In this document: piece by piece, positions 39,232 through 49,344 of the stretch
Layout of the letters: each line of letters opens with the position of its first letter
How positions within the stretch are numbered: the stretch's first letter is position 1
Origin: Phycisphaerae bacterium
GTDB taxonomy: Bacteria; Planctomycetota; Phycisphaerae; UBA1845; Fen-1342
Assembly (NCBI GenBank): GCA_050115495.1
Contig: JASFQK010000015.1
Location: 64,001 to 128,000 of the forward strand
Reading direction: 5' to 3'
DNA: 64,000 nt
Translations under genes and position numbers: made by a program
Notes under the pieces: model-generated
Database searches by the model: none
The model's input: only the letters and a program-made list of their open reading frames with translations
What the model was told of the DNA's origin: nothing

Positions 39232-41274
39232 ATGGCTGGATACGAGATCGGCGACATCCGCAATATCACGCTGGTTGGGCACTCCTCGGCCGGCAAAACC
39301 ACGCTGGGCGAGGCAATCCTGCTGAAGGGTGGGGTGACCAACCGCCTGGGCAGCGTGGACGACGGCAGCAGCGTGCTCGACCACGACGACGAATCACGCG
39401 AGCGAAAGCACAGCGTCGATTCGTCCGTGTTCCACGTCACGCACGAGGGCAAGCTGCTCAATATGGTCGACACGCCGGGCATGCCCGACTACTGCGGAAC
39501 CGCCATCGCCTCGCTGGCCGGGGTGGATGCGGCGGCGATCGTCGTCTCGGCGGCGGCCGGCATCGGGGTCAACACCCGGCGGATGTTCAACGCGGCCCGG
39601 GACTACGGCCTGGCCCGCGCGGTCATCGTGACGCGGATCGACGCGGAGAACGCGCGGCTCGACGAGCTGCTCGCCGCCATTCGCGAGACGTTCGGCAACG
39701 AGTGCCAGCCGATCAACCTGCCGGCCGACGGCGGCAAGGCCGTCATCGACGTGCTGAAGAACACCGAAGGGGCCAGTGACCTGCTCGACGTCGGCGAGTG
39801 CCACACGGCGCTGGTCGAGGCCATCGTCGAGACGGACGAGGCCCTGATGGAAGCCTATATGGAAGCCGGCACCATCCCCGTCGAGAAGCTGGGGCCGGCG
39901 GTGCAGCAGGCGGTCGCCACGGGGCACCTGATCCCGGTGATGTTCGTCAACGCCGTCGGCGGCGTGGGCGTGAGCGAATTGCTGGATGCCCTGGTGACGT
40001 ACGTGCCGGCGCCGACGCAGGCAACGCCGCGCAAGCTGGTCGTGGGCGAGGGTGAACAGGCCCAGGAAACGCCGATCGTCGCGAAGCGCGACGGCGACTT
40101 CGTGGCCCAGGTGTTCAAGATCACGTCGGATCCGAAGAGCAATATCAAGTACTCGGTGGCCCGCGTGCTGTCCGGGCGGCTGAACCCGGATGGACAGGTG
40201 TTCATCGCCGGCGACCGGCGGGGACAGCGGCCGGGGCACCTGTTCAAGCTGTGCGGCAACCAGCACGACGAGACCGAGGCCGGCGAAGCGGGCGACGTCG
40301 TGGCGTTCAGCAAGCTGGACTTCACAATCGGGACGGTGCTGCTGGGGAAGGCGGGCGAGGGGAACATCCCCATGCCCAAATTCCCGACGCCGATGTTCGC
40401 CCTGGCCCTCGAGCCGAAGGCGCGGGGCGACGTGGAAAAGGTCAGCGGGGCGATGACGCGCTTCGCGGAAGAGGACCCCTGCTTCCAGTACCACCGCGAC
40501 TCCGAGACGAACGAGCTGGTGATGCACGGGCTGGGCGACCAGCACCTGAACGTCATCCGCAGCAAGATGAAGCGGTACTTCAAGCTCGAGGTCGACACCA
40601 AAGCCCCGAAGATCCCCTACCGCGAGACGATCTCCGGCTCGGTCAAGTACGTCGAGTACACGCACAAGAAGCAGACCGGCGGTGCCGGCCAGTTCGCTCG
40701 CGTCTTCATCGACATGGAGCCGAACGAGCGCGGGGCCGGGTATGAGTTCGTCGACAAGATCTTCGGCGGCGTGATCGATCAGGCGTTCCGGCCGAGCGTC
40801 GACAAGGGCGTTCGCGACCAGATGCGCCGCGGCGTCATCGCCGGCTATCCGGTCGTCGACGTCAAGGTGTCGCTGGTGGACGGCAAGACGCACCCGGTCG
40901 ACAGCAAGGACATCGCCTTCCAGATCGCCGGGCGTGGCGTGTTCAAGAAGGCCTTCGCGCAGTGCAAGCCGATCCTGCTCGAGCCGGTCGTGAGCATCGA
41001 GATCACGGTGCCGACTGATTACGTGGGCGAGATCACGCGTGACCTGGCCGGCAAGCGTGGTCAGATCGTCGGGCAGGAGGTCCTGCCGGGCAACCAGATC
41101 TGCATCACGGGCACGGTGCCGCTGGCCGAGGTCGCCACGTACAGCTCGCAGCTCAAGAGTGCCACCGGCGGTCAGGGCAGTTACGTGATGGAGTTCAGCC
41201 ACTACGACATGGTGCCGCCGAACATCCAGCAGCAGATCGCCGCGGCGTACAAGGCAGAAGACGAGCAGGAATAA
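39232..41274 (+). CDS. fusA: Elongation factor G paralogue (EF-G2-like)
   Basis: GHSSAGKTT, DTPG, PYRETI, HKKQTGGAGQF, HPVDS, LLEP; stands alone outside the str operon. Confidence 0.9.
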   Translation: MAGYEIGDIRNITLVGHSSAGKTTLGEAILLKGGVTNRLGSVDDGSSVLDHDDESRERKHSVDSSVFHVTHEGKLLNMVDTPGMPDYCGTAIASLAGVDAAAIVVSAAAGIGVNTRRMFNAARDYGLARAVIVTRIDAENARLDELLAAIRETFGNECQPINLPADGGKAVIDVLKNTEGASDLLDVGECHTALVEAIVETDEALMEAYMEAGTIPVEKLGPAVQQAVATGHLIPVMFVNAVGGVGVSELLDALVTYVPAPTQATPRKLVVGEGEQAQETPIVAKRDGDFVAQVFKITSDPKSNIKYSVARVLSGRLNPDGQVFIAGDRRGQRPGHLFKLCGNQHDETEAGEAGDVVAFSKLDFTIGTVLLGKAGEGNIPMPKFPTPMFALALEPKARGDVEKVSGAMTRFAEEDPCFQYHRDSETNELVMHGLGDQHLNVIRSKMKRYFKLEVDTKAPKIPYRETISGSVKYVEYTHKKQTGGAGQFARVFIDMEPNERGAGYEFVDKIFGGVIDQAFRPSVDKGVRDQMRRGVIAGYPVVDVKVSLVDGKTHPVDSKDIAFQIAGRGVFKKAFAQCKPILLEPVVSIEITVPTDYVGEITRDLAGKRGQIVGQEVLPGNQICITGTVPLAEVATYSSQLKSATGGQGSYVMEFSHYDMVPPNIQQQIAAAYKAEDEQE

Positions 41275-41279
41275 CAGGT

Positions 41280-41371
41280 TCACCGAGAAGGGGGACGGGC
41301 ACCTCGCTGTGTACGGCTGCCGTCGGCGGACGGCGCCCACGGCTCAGAGTCCGTCCCCTTCTTCAACGTGG
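41280..41371. repeat. ~95-bp MITE-like palindromic element, copy 2 (inverted relative to copy 1)
   Basis: Reverse complement aligns along its length with 18353-18446. Confidence 0.6.
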
Positions 41372-41413
41372 TCGAGTCGCCCGGTCTGCGCGCCCGGGGC
41401 AAGGGCACCTGCC

Positions 41414-41567
41414 GTAGGGCGGGCTCGGCCCGCCGAACGTTCACAACGCCGAGTCGACGCTGGACGCCGCGGCAGGTGGAATCCGCCCTACCTCCCTGCC
41501 GCTCTGCCTCCCAGTACGAACCATGCGTTTTTGGGAATCGACGTCCGACACGGAGGTCGGACGCTAC
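41414..41567. repeat. GTAG-type REP hairpins
   Basis: Inverted pair GTAGGGCGG (41414) / CCGCCCTAC (41483-41491); CCGACACGGAGGTCGGACGCTAC (to 41567), with relatives at 42695-42720 and 44035-44060. Confidence 0.65.
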
Positions 41568-41581
41568 GGGCCCGCCGGGGC

Positions 41582-42541
41582 TCACGCGCCTCGCATGAGC
41601 TGCATTGAGGCGAAGTCGGCGAGATCGACGTCGCCGTCGGCGGCTGCGTCGGCCAAACCGCAGAGCGGCTCGACGTACAGGGGCGGATCACACGCCGCCA
41701 GCGGACACGGACCCGTCATGCAGCCGGCGACGAGCTCCAGATCGGCTGCCGTGATCTGCCCGTCGCCGTTCAGGTCGCCGAGAAGATCGCATTCATCGAG
41801 CGTGCCGTTGCCGTTGAGGTCGGTGCTACGGCCGCTGGCCAGATCGCACGCGTCGTTCACACCGTTGCCGTTGCAGTCGGGGGAACCGCAGCTTCCCGGG
41901 CCGAGAAACGTCCCCGCGCACTCCGAGCGCCAGGCCTCGACGCAATACGGCGGCTCGTCGAGGCAGCACACGCCGCGATAGTCCAGCGTGAACGTGTACG
42001 TCCACTCGTTGTCGCTGCCGGGGCCCTCGCCGCACAGGTACGACTCGGTCACCCACTGCGGCGAGACCCACAGCCACCAGATGCCCGGGCCAAGATCGAG
42101 CACGAGTTCAAACGGCTCGCAGGCCTCGTACTGCATCCAGGGGTTCATGATACCGGTCATCTCCGAGCAGTCGCCGCTGCCCGGCGGATCGGTCTCGACC
42201 ATGCCAATGAAGCCGGCAAACTCCGCCTCACCCTTGGCACGAAGCGTCATCGGTTCAGTCAGGACGAACTGGAGCCAATCCGTGTCGCGCTCGGAGCCGT
42301 TGTACCAGGTCGTGCCGCAGACAGCGTCGCCGGGAGCGATATCGGTGAACCGGATTTCGGGGTCGCAGCAGCAGCCGTTGTTGATTTGCTCGCCGCAGAT
42401 TTCACCTTCGGTGTTAACACACTCGACGATGCAAGGCTCTCTGTCCGGCGGGCCGCTGGGCGGGGAACTCGCCAGGAGCGCACCGCAGGCGCAGAAGGCA
42501 ACAACAAGCACGAATCCGCGTGATTTCCCGCCGATCGACAT
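41582..42541 (-). CDS. Secreted Cys-rich protein with C-terminal dockerin/EF-hand-like domain
   Basis: Signal peptide; DCNGNGVNDACD repeats; GDLNGDGQITAADL...DGDVDLADFA. Confidence 0.8.
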   Translation of the reverse strand: MSIGGKSRGFVLVVAFCACGALLASSPPSGPPDREPCIVECVNTEGEICGEQINNGCCCDPEIRFTDIAPGDAVCGTTWYNGSERDTDWLQFVLTEPMTLRAKGEAEFAGFIGMVETDPPGSGDCSEMTGIMNPWMQYEACEPFELVLDLGPGIWWLWVSPQWVTESYLCGEGPGSDNEWTYTFTLDYRGVCCLDEPPYCVEAWRSECAGTFLGPGSCGSPDCNGNGVNDACDLASGRSTDLNGNGTLDECDLLGDLNGDGQITAADLELVAGCMTGPCPLAACDPPLYVEPLCGLADAAADGDVDLADFASMQLMRGA

Positions 42542-42797
42542 GACACACCTCCTCCTCGTACGGCGCGTGATGGCCGTCCCCCCGAGCTGTCTAACGTGAC
42601 CTTCTGGCACGATTATAGCACTTCGGCCCTGTGAATCGAAACGGCCGGTGCACGCCGGCGCCTCCGACCGTGTGCCAAGGGCGGAGCGCTCGCCGTAGCG
42701 TCGGCCCCCCGTGGCCGACGTCGAACGCCGAACGATCATAACCTTGCCAATCGAACCACGAACGCTCGGCCGCGCGTAGCGTTGACCGCGCCGCCGC

Positions 42798-43330
42798 CCG
42801 GGGACTGAAGTTCCTGGCTGGCGTCGTGCGCCCTCCGGGCGGAAGAGAAGAGGGGATGCGGCTCCCGGGTCCAGGGACTGAAGTCCCTGGCAACCAACGT
42901 GCGCCCTCCGGGCGAAGACGACCGCGCGCGCTGCACGCCGCCCAAAGGGCACGCGTTGGCTCCCGCCGAGGGAGGGCACGCGACGTCGCCTCGTCCGGAA
43001 GAAGCGTTTCCTCGCCCGAAGGGCGCACGAACGTAGCCAGAGGCTTCAGTCTTTCGTCATCGATGCGCGCATGCTCCTCTTCGCCCGGAGGGCGCACGGT
43101 CATAGCCAGGGACTTCAGTCCCTGGTGCGGCATTCCGCGCCCCGTCTTTCTCCTCTTTTCTCTTCCCTCTTTCTTCTCGCCCCGAGGGCGCGTATCCTCG
43201 CCCGGTGGGCGTACGAGCGTAGCCAGAGACTTCAGTCCCTGGTGTGGCGTTCGGCGCCCCCTCTCTCTCCTCTTCCCTCTTCTTCCTCGCCCGGAGGGCG
43301 CACGAACGATTCCCCGGGTTTCACCCGGGT
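42798..43330. repeat. Cluster of ~45-bp REP/BIME-like units
   Basis: Unit TCGCCCGGAGGGCGCACG-N3-GTAGCCAGGGAC-TTCA-GTCCCTGG; reverse copies at 42798 and 42871, forward at 43012, 43081, 43198 and 43287; a further copy at 43923. Confidence 0.85.
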
Positions 43331-43470
43331 CCGTCGCCCGCTTCGCGGGCCGTGCCGCGCCCCCCACTGCATCCCGCCATTTCCCAACAGAATCCGCCAG
43401 AACGCGACAGACTGCGCCAATCCCCTCCACCCCTCCGTCGCCGCGCGCTTTCGTGGCCTATACTGAACAC

Positions 43471-43725
43471 TGACGACGGGGTGTGTGGCATGTTGAAGCG
43501 CAGCGCCGGCGTGTACTTCCCGCCACGAGGAGAAGACATGCCGGCGCCTGAGGCTTCAGCATGCCACACTCCGGCTCAAGGCTTAAGGCTACCCCACAAT
43601 GACCAACACGCGCATTGCCAGCAAACCGCGTCCGCTAATACCCGGCCGCAGCGCGCCTGCCGCCAAGAGTCTCATCTACGTCGCGCGCAAACGTGAGATC
43701 CTTGAGACTCTTGGACCCCTTCCCT
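43471..43725 (+). ncRNA. Candidate structured non-coding RNA of unknown family
   Basis: TATACT at 43459-43464; ~95-nt rod hairpin whose three wobbles are G-U on the + strand only; second 12-bp perfect stem at 43662-43713. Boundaries approximate. Confidence 0.45.
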
Positions 43726-44105
43726 CGCATGCAGATCGCCAGCCATTGGCAGGTGCCACACCAGCAACCGCGCGGCGACGCGAGAGACGAGGCGGGTTCC
43801 GCGGCGAAGAAATAGTGGCGGGCGGAGCCGCGTTGTGCCAACACTGGTGGACAAGCCACCAATGGCATCCGGCCGGCACTGGTAGGCAAGCCACCAGTGG
43901 CTCCCGGACGGGTGGGGCTTCTTCGCCCGGAGGGCGCACGATCGTAGCCAGGGACTTCAGTCCCTGGAGCGGTCGAGAGCCATACCCCGCTTTCTTCCTC
44001 TCCGCCCGGAGGGCGGGCGTCGTTCGGCGATCGACGGCCGACACGGAGGTCGGCCGCTACGGAGACGTCCGGTGCGGAGCCCGAACGCTACACGGAGGCC
44101 GGATG

Positions 44106-46181
44106 CTACGGGGTGGCAACAGCAGGCTTGAGGTTGTTGCGAATCGTGTCGAGCAGGGCCGCTCGGTCGATGGGCTTGACGGCGTAGTCGTCGCAGCCGG
44201 CGGCGAGGCACTTGTCGCGGTCGCTGGACATGGCGTGGGCGGTCAGGGCGATGATCGGTCCCGTGTAATCACGCTGCCGCAGAAGACCGGTCGCGGCATA
44301 GCCGTCCAGCACCGGCATCTGCATGTCCATGAGAATGACGTCGAACGGCGTGCCGGCGTCGCGGGCCGCCAGAGCCGCGTCCACAGCGAGCTGCCCGTTC
44401 TCGACCATGGTGACCTCCGCCCCCGCTCGCTTGAGCATGAGCCCGATCAGGCGCTGGTTATCCGGGCCGTCCTCGGCGACGAGGATCCGGCAAGGCGGCA
44501 GCTTGGCGCAGGCACACGACGAAGCGCCATCGGCCTGCCCGGCGGCGCAGGCCGTGGAGAGCGGCGGTTCGCTGAGCATGCGGACGCCGGTGACGTCGCC
44601 GGTCGTGATCGTCGCCCGGAAACACGATCCTCTTCCGCTGTGCGACTCGACGAGGACAACATCCCCGCCCAGCATGTTGGCGAAGCGCTTGCTGATAGAG
44701 AGGCCGAGGCCGGTTCCGCCGAAGCGACGGGTCATGGACGAATCAGCCTGCGTGAAGGGCTGGAAGAGGTGGCTGATCTGCTCAGGGGTCATGCCGATGC
44801 CGGTGTCGACCACGTCGAACTGCAGGAGCGGCTCGGGGGCCTGTTCGACAAAGCGAACGGTCAGGCTGACGCCGCCGCGATCGGTGAACTTGATGGCGTT
44901 GCCGACAAGATTGATGAGGATCTGGCGGAGTCTGGCGGGGGCGGTGCGAATGGTCTCCGGCACGAGCCCGTCGTAGCGAATATCGAAGGAGAGTCCGGCC
45001 TCCTGCGCCGCACTCTGCATCAGTGTCGCGATTTCAGCGAGGATCTCCCCCGGCCGGCACGGCGTCTGCTCGACATCCATGCGGCCGGCTTCGATCTTGG
45101 AGAGGTCGAGGATGTCGTTGATGATGGCGAGCAGATGCTCGCCGTTGCGCTTGATGGTGCGGGCGGCTTCGCTGCGCTGCTCTGCACTCTGGCTACCGTC
45201 GCCGTCCTCGAGCAGGATCTCGGCGAAGCCCAGGAGGGCGGTCATCGGCGTGCGCAGTTCGTGACTCATGTTGGCGATGAAGGCGCTCTTGGCAGCGTTG
45301 GCGGCCTCGGCCAGCTCCTTGGCCCGGCGCTGCTCCTCCGCCTGCTTGCGGCCGGTGATGTCCACGAAGCTCTCGATGAGCACTCGCCGGCCGTTCATCA
45401 CGACCGAGGTGGCCGTCTTCAGCACTGGGACCAGGTCGCCGGTAGCGGTGACGAGCACACGTTCCGAGTTGTCGATCGTCTTGTGCAGATCGGTGATCGG
45501 GCAGCGTCCGCACTCGGCGGGACAGATGAACTTGTGGCAGACGCGGCCGAGGACGGACTCCTTGGACGCCGCGATCAGCCGGAGCGCGGCGGGGTTAGCC
45601 TCCAGGATGACGTGCGTCTCGGCGTCGATCACGACGATGCCGGCCTGGACGGTGTCGACGATGGCCTGCTGGCGGCGGTGTTCCTCCTGCGCCTGTTCCT
45701 CGCTGGCACGCAGGGCGTCTCTCTGGCGGCACGCCCGGCAGGCGGCGGCCAGCTTGTGGTTCAGGCGGGTCAGCGACTTGATGATCAAGTCGTCCAGCTC
45801 GGCGTGCATGCTGACGATGAAGAGCACGCCGCACGTGTCCAGGCTCATGAGGTGGCACACGCCGTCGGGAACCGGGTACCGCAACGGCAACGACCGGTTG
45901 TAGGCGGCGACTTCCTCGTCGGTCGCCGGCGGCGGCAAGGCACTGCGGAGGGCGGTGCATGTCTCGCCGCGGGGAAACGACCGCGGAATGCTGAAGACCG
46001 GCAGCAGCGTGTAGCGGCCGCCCGGCTGCTCGCACCATTCGAGTACGCCGCCGGCCGAGCAGTTGAGCTTGCGCAGGTAGGTGGAGAGGGCCTGCTGGAG
46101 CATCGGGCGCAGCTCGAGGCTGTTGCCGATGGACAAGGCAATCTCGTAGAGGACGAGATGTAGCTGCTCGGCACTGAGCAT
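44106..46181 (-). CDS. PAS-domain hybrid sensor histidine kinase/response regulator
   Basis: GAF-like N-terminus, [37 protein letters not shown], receiver ILMDMQMP. Confidence 0.95.
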   Translation of the reverse strand: MLSAEQLHLVLYEIALSIGNSLELRPMLQQALSTYLRKLNCSAGGVLEWCEQPGGRYTLLPVFSIPRSFPRGETCTALRSALPPPATDEEVAAYNRSLPLRYPVPDGVCHLMSLDTCGVLFIVSMHAELDDLIIKSLTRLNHKLAAACRACRQRDALRASEEQAQEEHRRQQAIVDTVQAGIVVIDAETHVILEANPAALRLIAASKESVLGRVCHKFICPAECGRCPITDLHKTIDNSERVLVTATGDLVPVLKTATSVVMNGRRVLIESFVDITGRKQAEEQRRAKELAEAANAAKSAFIANMSHELRTPMTALLGFAEILLEDGDGSQSAEQRSEAARTIKRNGEHLLAIINDILDLSKIEAGRMDVEQTPCRPGEILAEIATLMQSAAQEAGLSFDIRYDGLVPETIRTAPARLRQILINLVGNAIKFTDRGGVSLTVRFVEQAPEPLLQFDVVDTGIGMTPEQISHLFQPFTQADSSMTRRFGGTGLGLSISKRFANMLGGDVVLVESHSGRGSCFRATITTGDVTGVRMLSEPPLSTACAAGQADGASSCACAKLPPCRILVAEDGPDNQRLIGLMLKRAGAEVTMVENGQLAVDAALAARDAGTPFDVILMDMQMPVLDGYAATGLLRQRDYTGPIIALTAHAMSSDRDKCLAAGCDDYAVKPIDRAALLDTIRNNLKPAVATP

Positions 46182-47299
46182 CAGGTCGCCAGCACTCCTA
46201 CGACGGAAGTCTTGTTGTAGAACTCGAGATAGTCGCCGCGGCTGTTGGCGATCTCGCCCAGGGTCAGAGCCCCGATGAGCGGCACACCCTCCTGGTACAC
46301 GGCCTCAAGCTCGCGACCGAACTGCTCCTCCAGGAACAGGGCCCGCGAGATGCAATCGATGAAGAGCGTGGCCTTTCGCCCGGGCGTCGCCTGGAAGCAC
46401 TGCTCTCCGAGCTGCAGGGCGCGGCCGGCCGCGGTGACCAGCGAGTGCACGTCGCCCGTGAGAATGTGCACGTACGAGCCCTGCGGCACCTCGCCGACGC
46501 AGACCAAGGCGTCGCCATCCTGCACCATCAGCGGGTCGCGCACGATCTTCTCGGCGCCCAGCTTCATGATGCCGAAGGGGTAGCTCTTGGCAATGTCGAA
46601 GAAGTTGTCGGCGGTCAGCGACTTGCCCGAATGCTCTTCGACGATCCCGCGGTAGACCTCGAAGGCCGGCGACCAGTCCAAGGACTGGATAACGTTGTGT
46701 TCCGACTCCGTGACCTGGTACGGCCCACCGATCTCGGTCCAGCCGTGGCAGACACCCACGCCGCTCGGCGTATCGAGCGTCGCCAGCAGGGCGCCATCCT
46801 GCACCAGCCCCTCGTTGGTGAACAGGCAGGGCCGCTGCTGGAAGCTGAGCGAGCCCGCCCCACCGCCGACGTAGTTGAATTGCAGACCGAACACGTTGAA
46901 CAGGGCGTCGACGAGGGCGCCGATGCGGCGGGCCAGCCCGTCGACGAAGACGATCATGGTCTTGGTGTCGCCCGTCATCCGGGCATCGTCGATCAGGCTT
47001 TCGTAGTCGGCGTCGGCGTCGCTCAGCCCGGCGATCACCTGGACATCGGCGCGCTCCGTCAGGCCGACGACAATACTGCCGCGAGCGAGCTTCTCCCTCT
47101 CGTAGATGATCTCCGGGAACACGCCGCCGAAGAGCGGAACGGGCACGCCGGCCAGGATGCTGTCGACGGCCTGCGGCGTGAAGCCGTTCTGGTCGCAGGC
47201 CAGGACGAGTATGGACTGCACGTCGGGCTGGTCGGCCACGTCGCCGAGCAGACGCCTCAGCCCCTCCACTGATCCGCTGCGGTCCAGCCTGGTGATCAT
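46181..47299 (-). CDS. FIST N/C-domain (NosP-like) sensor protein
   Basis: [41 protein letters not shown]. Confidence 0.88.
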   Translation of the reverse strand: MITRLDRSGSVEGLRRLLGDVADQPDVQSILVLACDQNGFTPQAVDSILAGVPVPLFGGVFPEIIYEREKLARGSIVVGLTERADVQVIAGLSDADADYESLIDDARMTGDTKTMIVFVDGLARRIGALVDALFNVFGLQFNYVGGGAGSLSFQQRPCLFTNEGLVQDGALLATLDTPSGVGVCHGWTEIGGPYQVTESEHNVIQSLDWSPAFEVYRGIVEEHSGKSLTADNFFDIAKSYPFGIMKLGAEKIVRDPLMVQDGDALVCVGEVPQGSYVHILTGDVHSLVTAAGRALQLGEQCFQATPGRKATLFIDCISRALFLEEQFGRELEAVYQEGVPLIGALTLGEIANSRGDYLEFYNKTSVVGVLAT

Positions 47300-47303
47300 G
47301 ACT

Positions 47304-48473
47304 CTACATCCTCTCGTGCAGCAGCGCCGTCATGTCCGTCCGATCCAGCGTGACTGGGCTGTTCTTGTTGGACGCCCGGTCGGCGATCTCGCTGAGGCGC
47401 GACGCGTCGAGGCCGTAGTCGCCGAGCCGGGGCAGCTCGAGCTGCGCCACCCAGCCGGCGAGGGTCTCGATAAGCGTGCCACAGCAATCATCGACATCGT
47501 CAGTGTCGGCGCCGAATAGCCGACCAACGGCGGCGTATTTGTGCAGCGCGGGTCCGCCGATCTGGCGGAGCTTCTCGATGTTGCGGCGTGTCGCAGCGGC
47601 GAGGAGCGTGCCGCAGATCACGCCGTGCGGCGCGTCACAGAGCCCGCCGATAACCCCGGCCAATCCGTGCACGACACCGAGCCCCACATTGGCCAGCACA
47701 AGCCCCGACATCAGCGACGCGTAGGCCATGCCCGTTCGCGCCGGCAAGTCGGACTGCCCCGCCCGGCATGCCTGGAGCAGATGCTCGTGGGCGGCGATCA
47801 GGCCACCACGGGCCAGGTCATCGGTCATGGGCGAAGACCGCGTCGACACGAACGCCTCAAGCAACTGCGTCAGCGCGTCCAGGCCACTGGCCGCCGTGAC
47901 CGCCGGCGGACAGGACAGTGTCAGTTCCAGGTCGACCAGGGCGACGTCGGGGGCGAGGTTCGGGTGGCGAAGCGACGCCTTGTATCCGTCGTGTCCGACG
48001 CGGCCGAGGACGGCGTTCACCGTTGCTTCGCTGCCCGTGCCGGCGGTCGTCGGGACGGCGACGAACGGAACCTTCCGACCGTCGTGGGCGAGCGTGCCGA
48101 CGTTTTCCAGGAACGCCTCGACGGGATGCTCCTGCGGCAACATCGCCGAAACGGCCTTGCCGGCGTCGATGACGCTGCCGCCGCCGATGGCGACGACGAC
48201 CGCCGACTCGCGACCGCGCAGGTCGGTGACAATGTCGTTGACCAGTTCCGGGCTTGGCTCGCGACAGACCGTGTACGTACGGCATTGCGACCCGGCCTGG
48301 GCGAGCATGCTCAGCACCTGGTCGAGTTTGTCCGATTGCTTCAGCGAGTGCGCACCGGTGAGGAGGACCACGTTTCGGCCGAAGACACCCACGATCTCGC
48401 TCAGTCGAGCCAGGGTGCCGGCGCCGAAGATGATCCGCGGGGTTCGCGTCCAGGCGAACTCACCGACTACCAT
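47304..48473 (-). CDS. Iron-containing alcohol dehydrogenase
   Basis: GGGSVIDAGK, PTTAGTGSEAT, GLDALTQLLE, GLGVVHG, PHG. Confidence 0.92.
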   Translation of the reverse strand: MVVGEFAWTRTPRIIFGAGTLARLSEIVGVFGRNVVLLTGAHSLKQSDKLDQVLSMLAQAGSQCRTYTVCREPSPELVNDIVTDLRGRESAVVVAIGGGSVIDAGKAVSAMLPQEHPVEAFLENVGTLAHDGRKVPFVAVPTTAGTGSEATVNAVLGRVGHDGYKASLRHPNLAPDVALVDLELTLSCPPAVTAASGLDALTQLLEAFVSTRSSPMTDDLARGGLIAAHEHLLQACRAGQSDLPARTGMAYASLMSGLVLANVGLGVVHGLAGVIGGLCDAPHGVICGTLLAAATRRNIEKLRQIGGPALHKYAAVGRLFGADTDDVDDCCGTLIETLAGWVAQLELPRLGDYGLDASRLSEIADRASNKNSPVTLDRTDMTALLHERM

Positions 48474-48775
48474 TGCGCCTTCTCGTCCGGGTACACGACG
48501 CGATGCTTGAGGCCCACGCGTGGGCGGGCCATCCAGCTCTCGACGGTCTCACGCCACTTGAGGTAGTGCGGCGTCTGCTTGTGGGCGGCCGCCGCCTCCT
48601 CGGACTCGTAAGCCTCGTAGAGTGTGAACAGGGTCGGATCGTCCGCGGACTGGAGCACGTCGAAGCGCATGTTGCCGGGCTCCTGGAGGGAACACTTGCT
48701 GTTCTCGACCGAGGCCCGCGCGAAGTCGTCAACGTGCTCTCGCCGCACCTGGACACTGACGCAGGTGACAACCAT
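48467..48775 (-). CDS. Antibiotic biosynthesis monooxygenase (LsrG-like)
   Basis: EPGNMRFDVLQ, LYEAY, AHKQTPHYLKWR; GGAGG RBS. Confidence 0.88.
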   Translation of the reverse strand: MVVTCVSVQVRREHVDDFARASVENSKCSLQEPGNMRFDVLQSADDPTLFTLYEAYESEEAAAAHKQTPHYLKWRETVESWMARPRVGLKHRVVYPDEKAQW

Positions 48776-49344
48776 CGGCATCCTCCGCCGGCAGAGCTAC
48801 ACGCCGCACGGAACAGAGCTACTGGGAGTAATGTTGTAGTTCTTGTATCGGCTAACCGGTGGGCAGCTTTGGTTGGGGGGCGTGCGGTGCAGGCTGGGGC
48901 GAGATTACCGGACGGTGGGGGGCGGAAGACGATGGGGTGCCGGGCTGGGGGCGTTATGCGTCTTGCCGGCGCCACCGCGCCACCGTCGGTTCATTCAGGC
49001 AGCAGGTGCGCCGACAAGCGCGGGGCAGTCCGCGGCATGAGACATCGGGAATTGACCGTCAGGCCGCGAGAGCGTCGACAGGACACATGTCATGCCTGCG
49101 AGCGTAGCTCATCACCTGGGACATCAGCCTCGTGCAGCGCGAGGACGCCGACGCGGAGCAACAGCACCTGGCGGTCGCGGCGCCTGTGTCGATCGAACGT
49201 CGGTCGGATATCGAGCCGACAGAGTCGCGTTGGGCGTTGCGCGGCCGTATCGAGCCGATAAGAGAAATGCAGAGGCACACCCAGACGGGTGGTCTGCGCG
49301 CTGCGGACCGTCGCCCAGGGGAGGGTGCGTGCCGGAGGAGCCGC

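Noticed and set aside
42798..43330. Possible CRISPR array
   Set aside because: Units are degenerate, in both orientations and irregularly spaced with low-complexity spacers; no cas genes. REP/BIME fits better.
42591..43473. Repetitive ORFs containing QGLKSLA / ARDFSPW
   Set aside because: Translations of the REP units.
43471..43725. Assignment of the hairpin RNA as tmRNA, SRP, RNase P or 6S
   Set aside because: No tRNA-like ends, no SRP GGAA-loop motif, no RNase P GAGGAAAGUCC, and no convincing 6S closing stem or central bubble by eye; left unassigned.
43599..46163. 854-aa + strand ORF and other long overlapping ORFs (e.g. 39394-41340, 13303-15105, 26197-27864)
   Set aside because: Antisense or off-frame shadows of well-supported genes in GC-rich DNA, with no motifs.
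48855..48955. G-tract cluster as a G-quadruplex
   Set aside because: Loops are long and irregular, and G runs are expected at this GC content.
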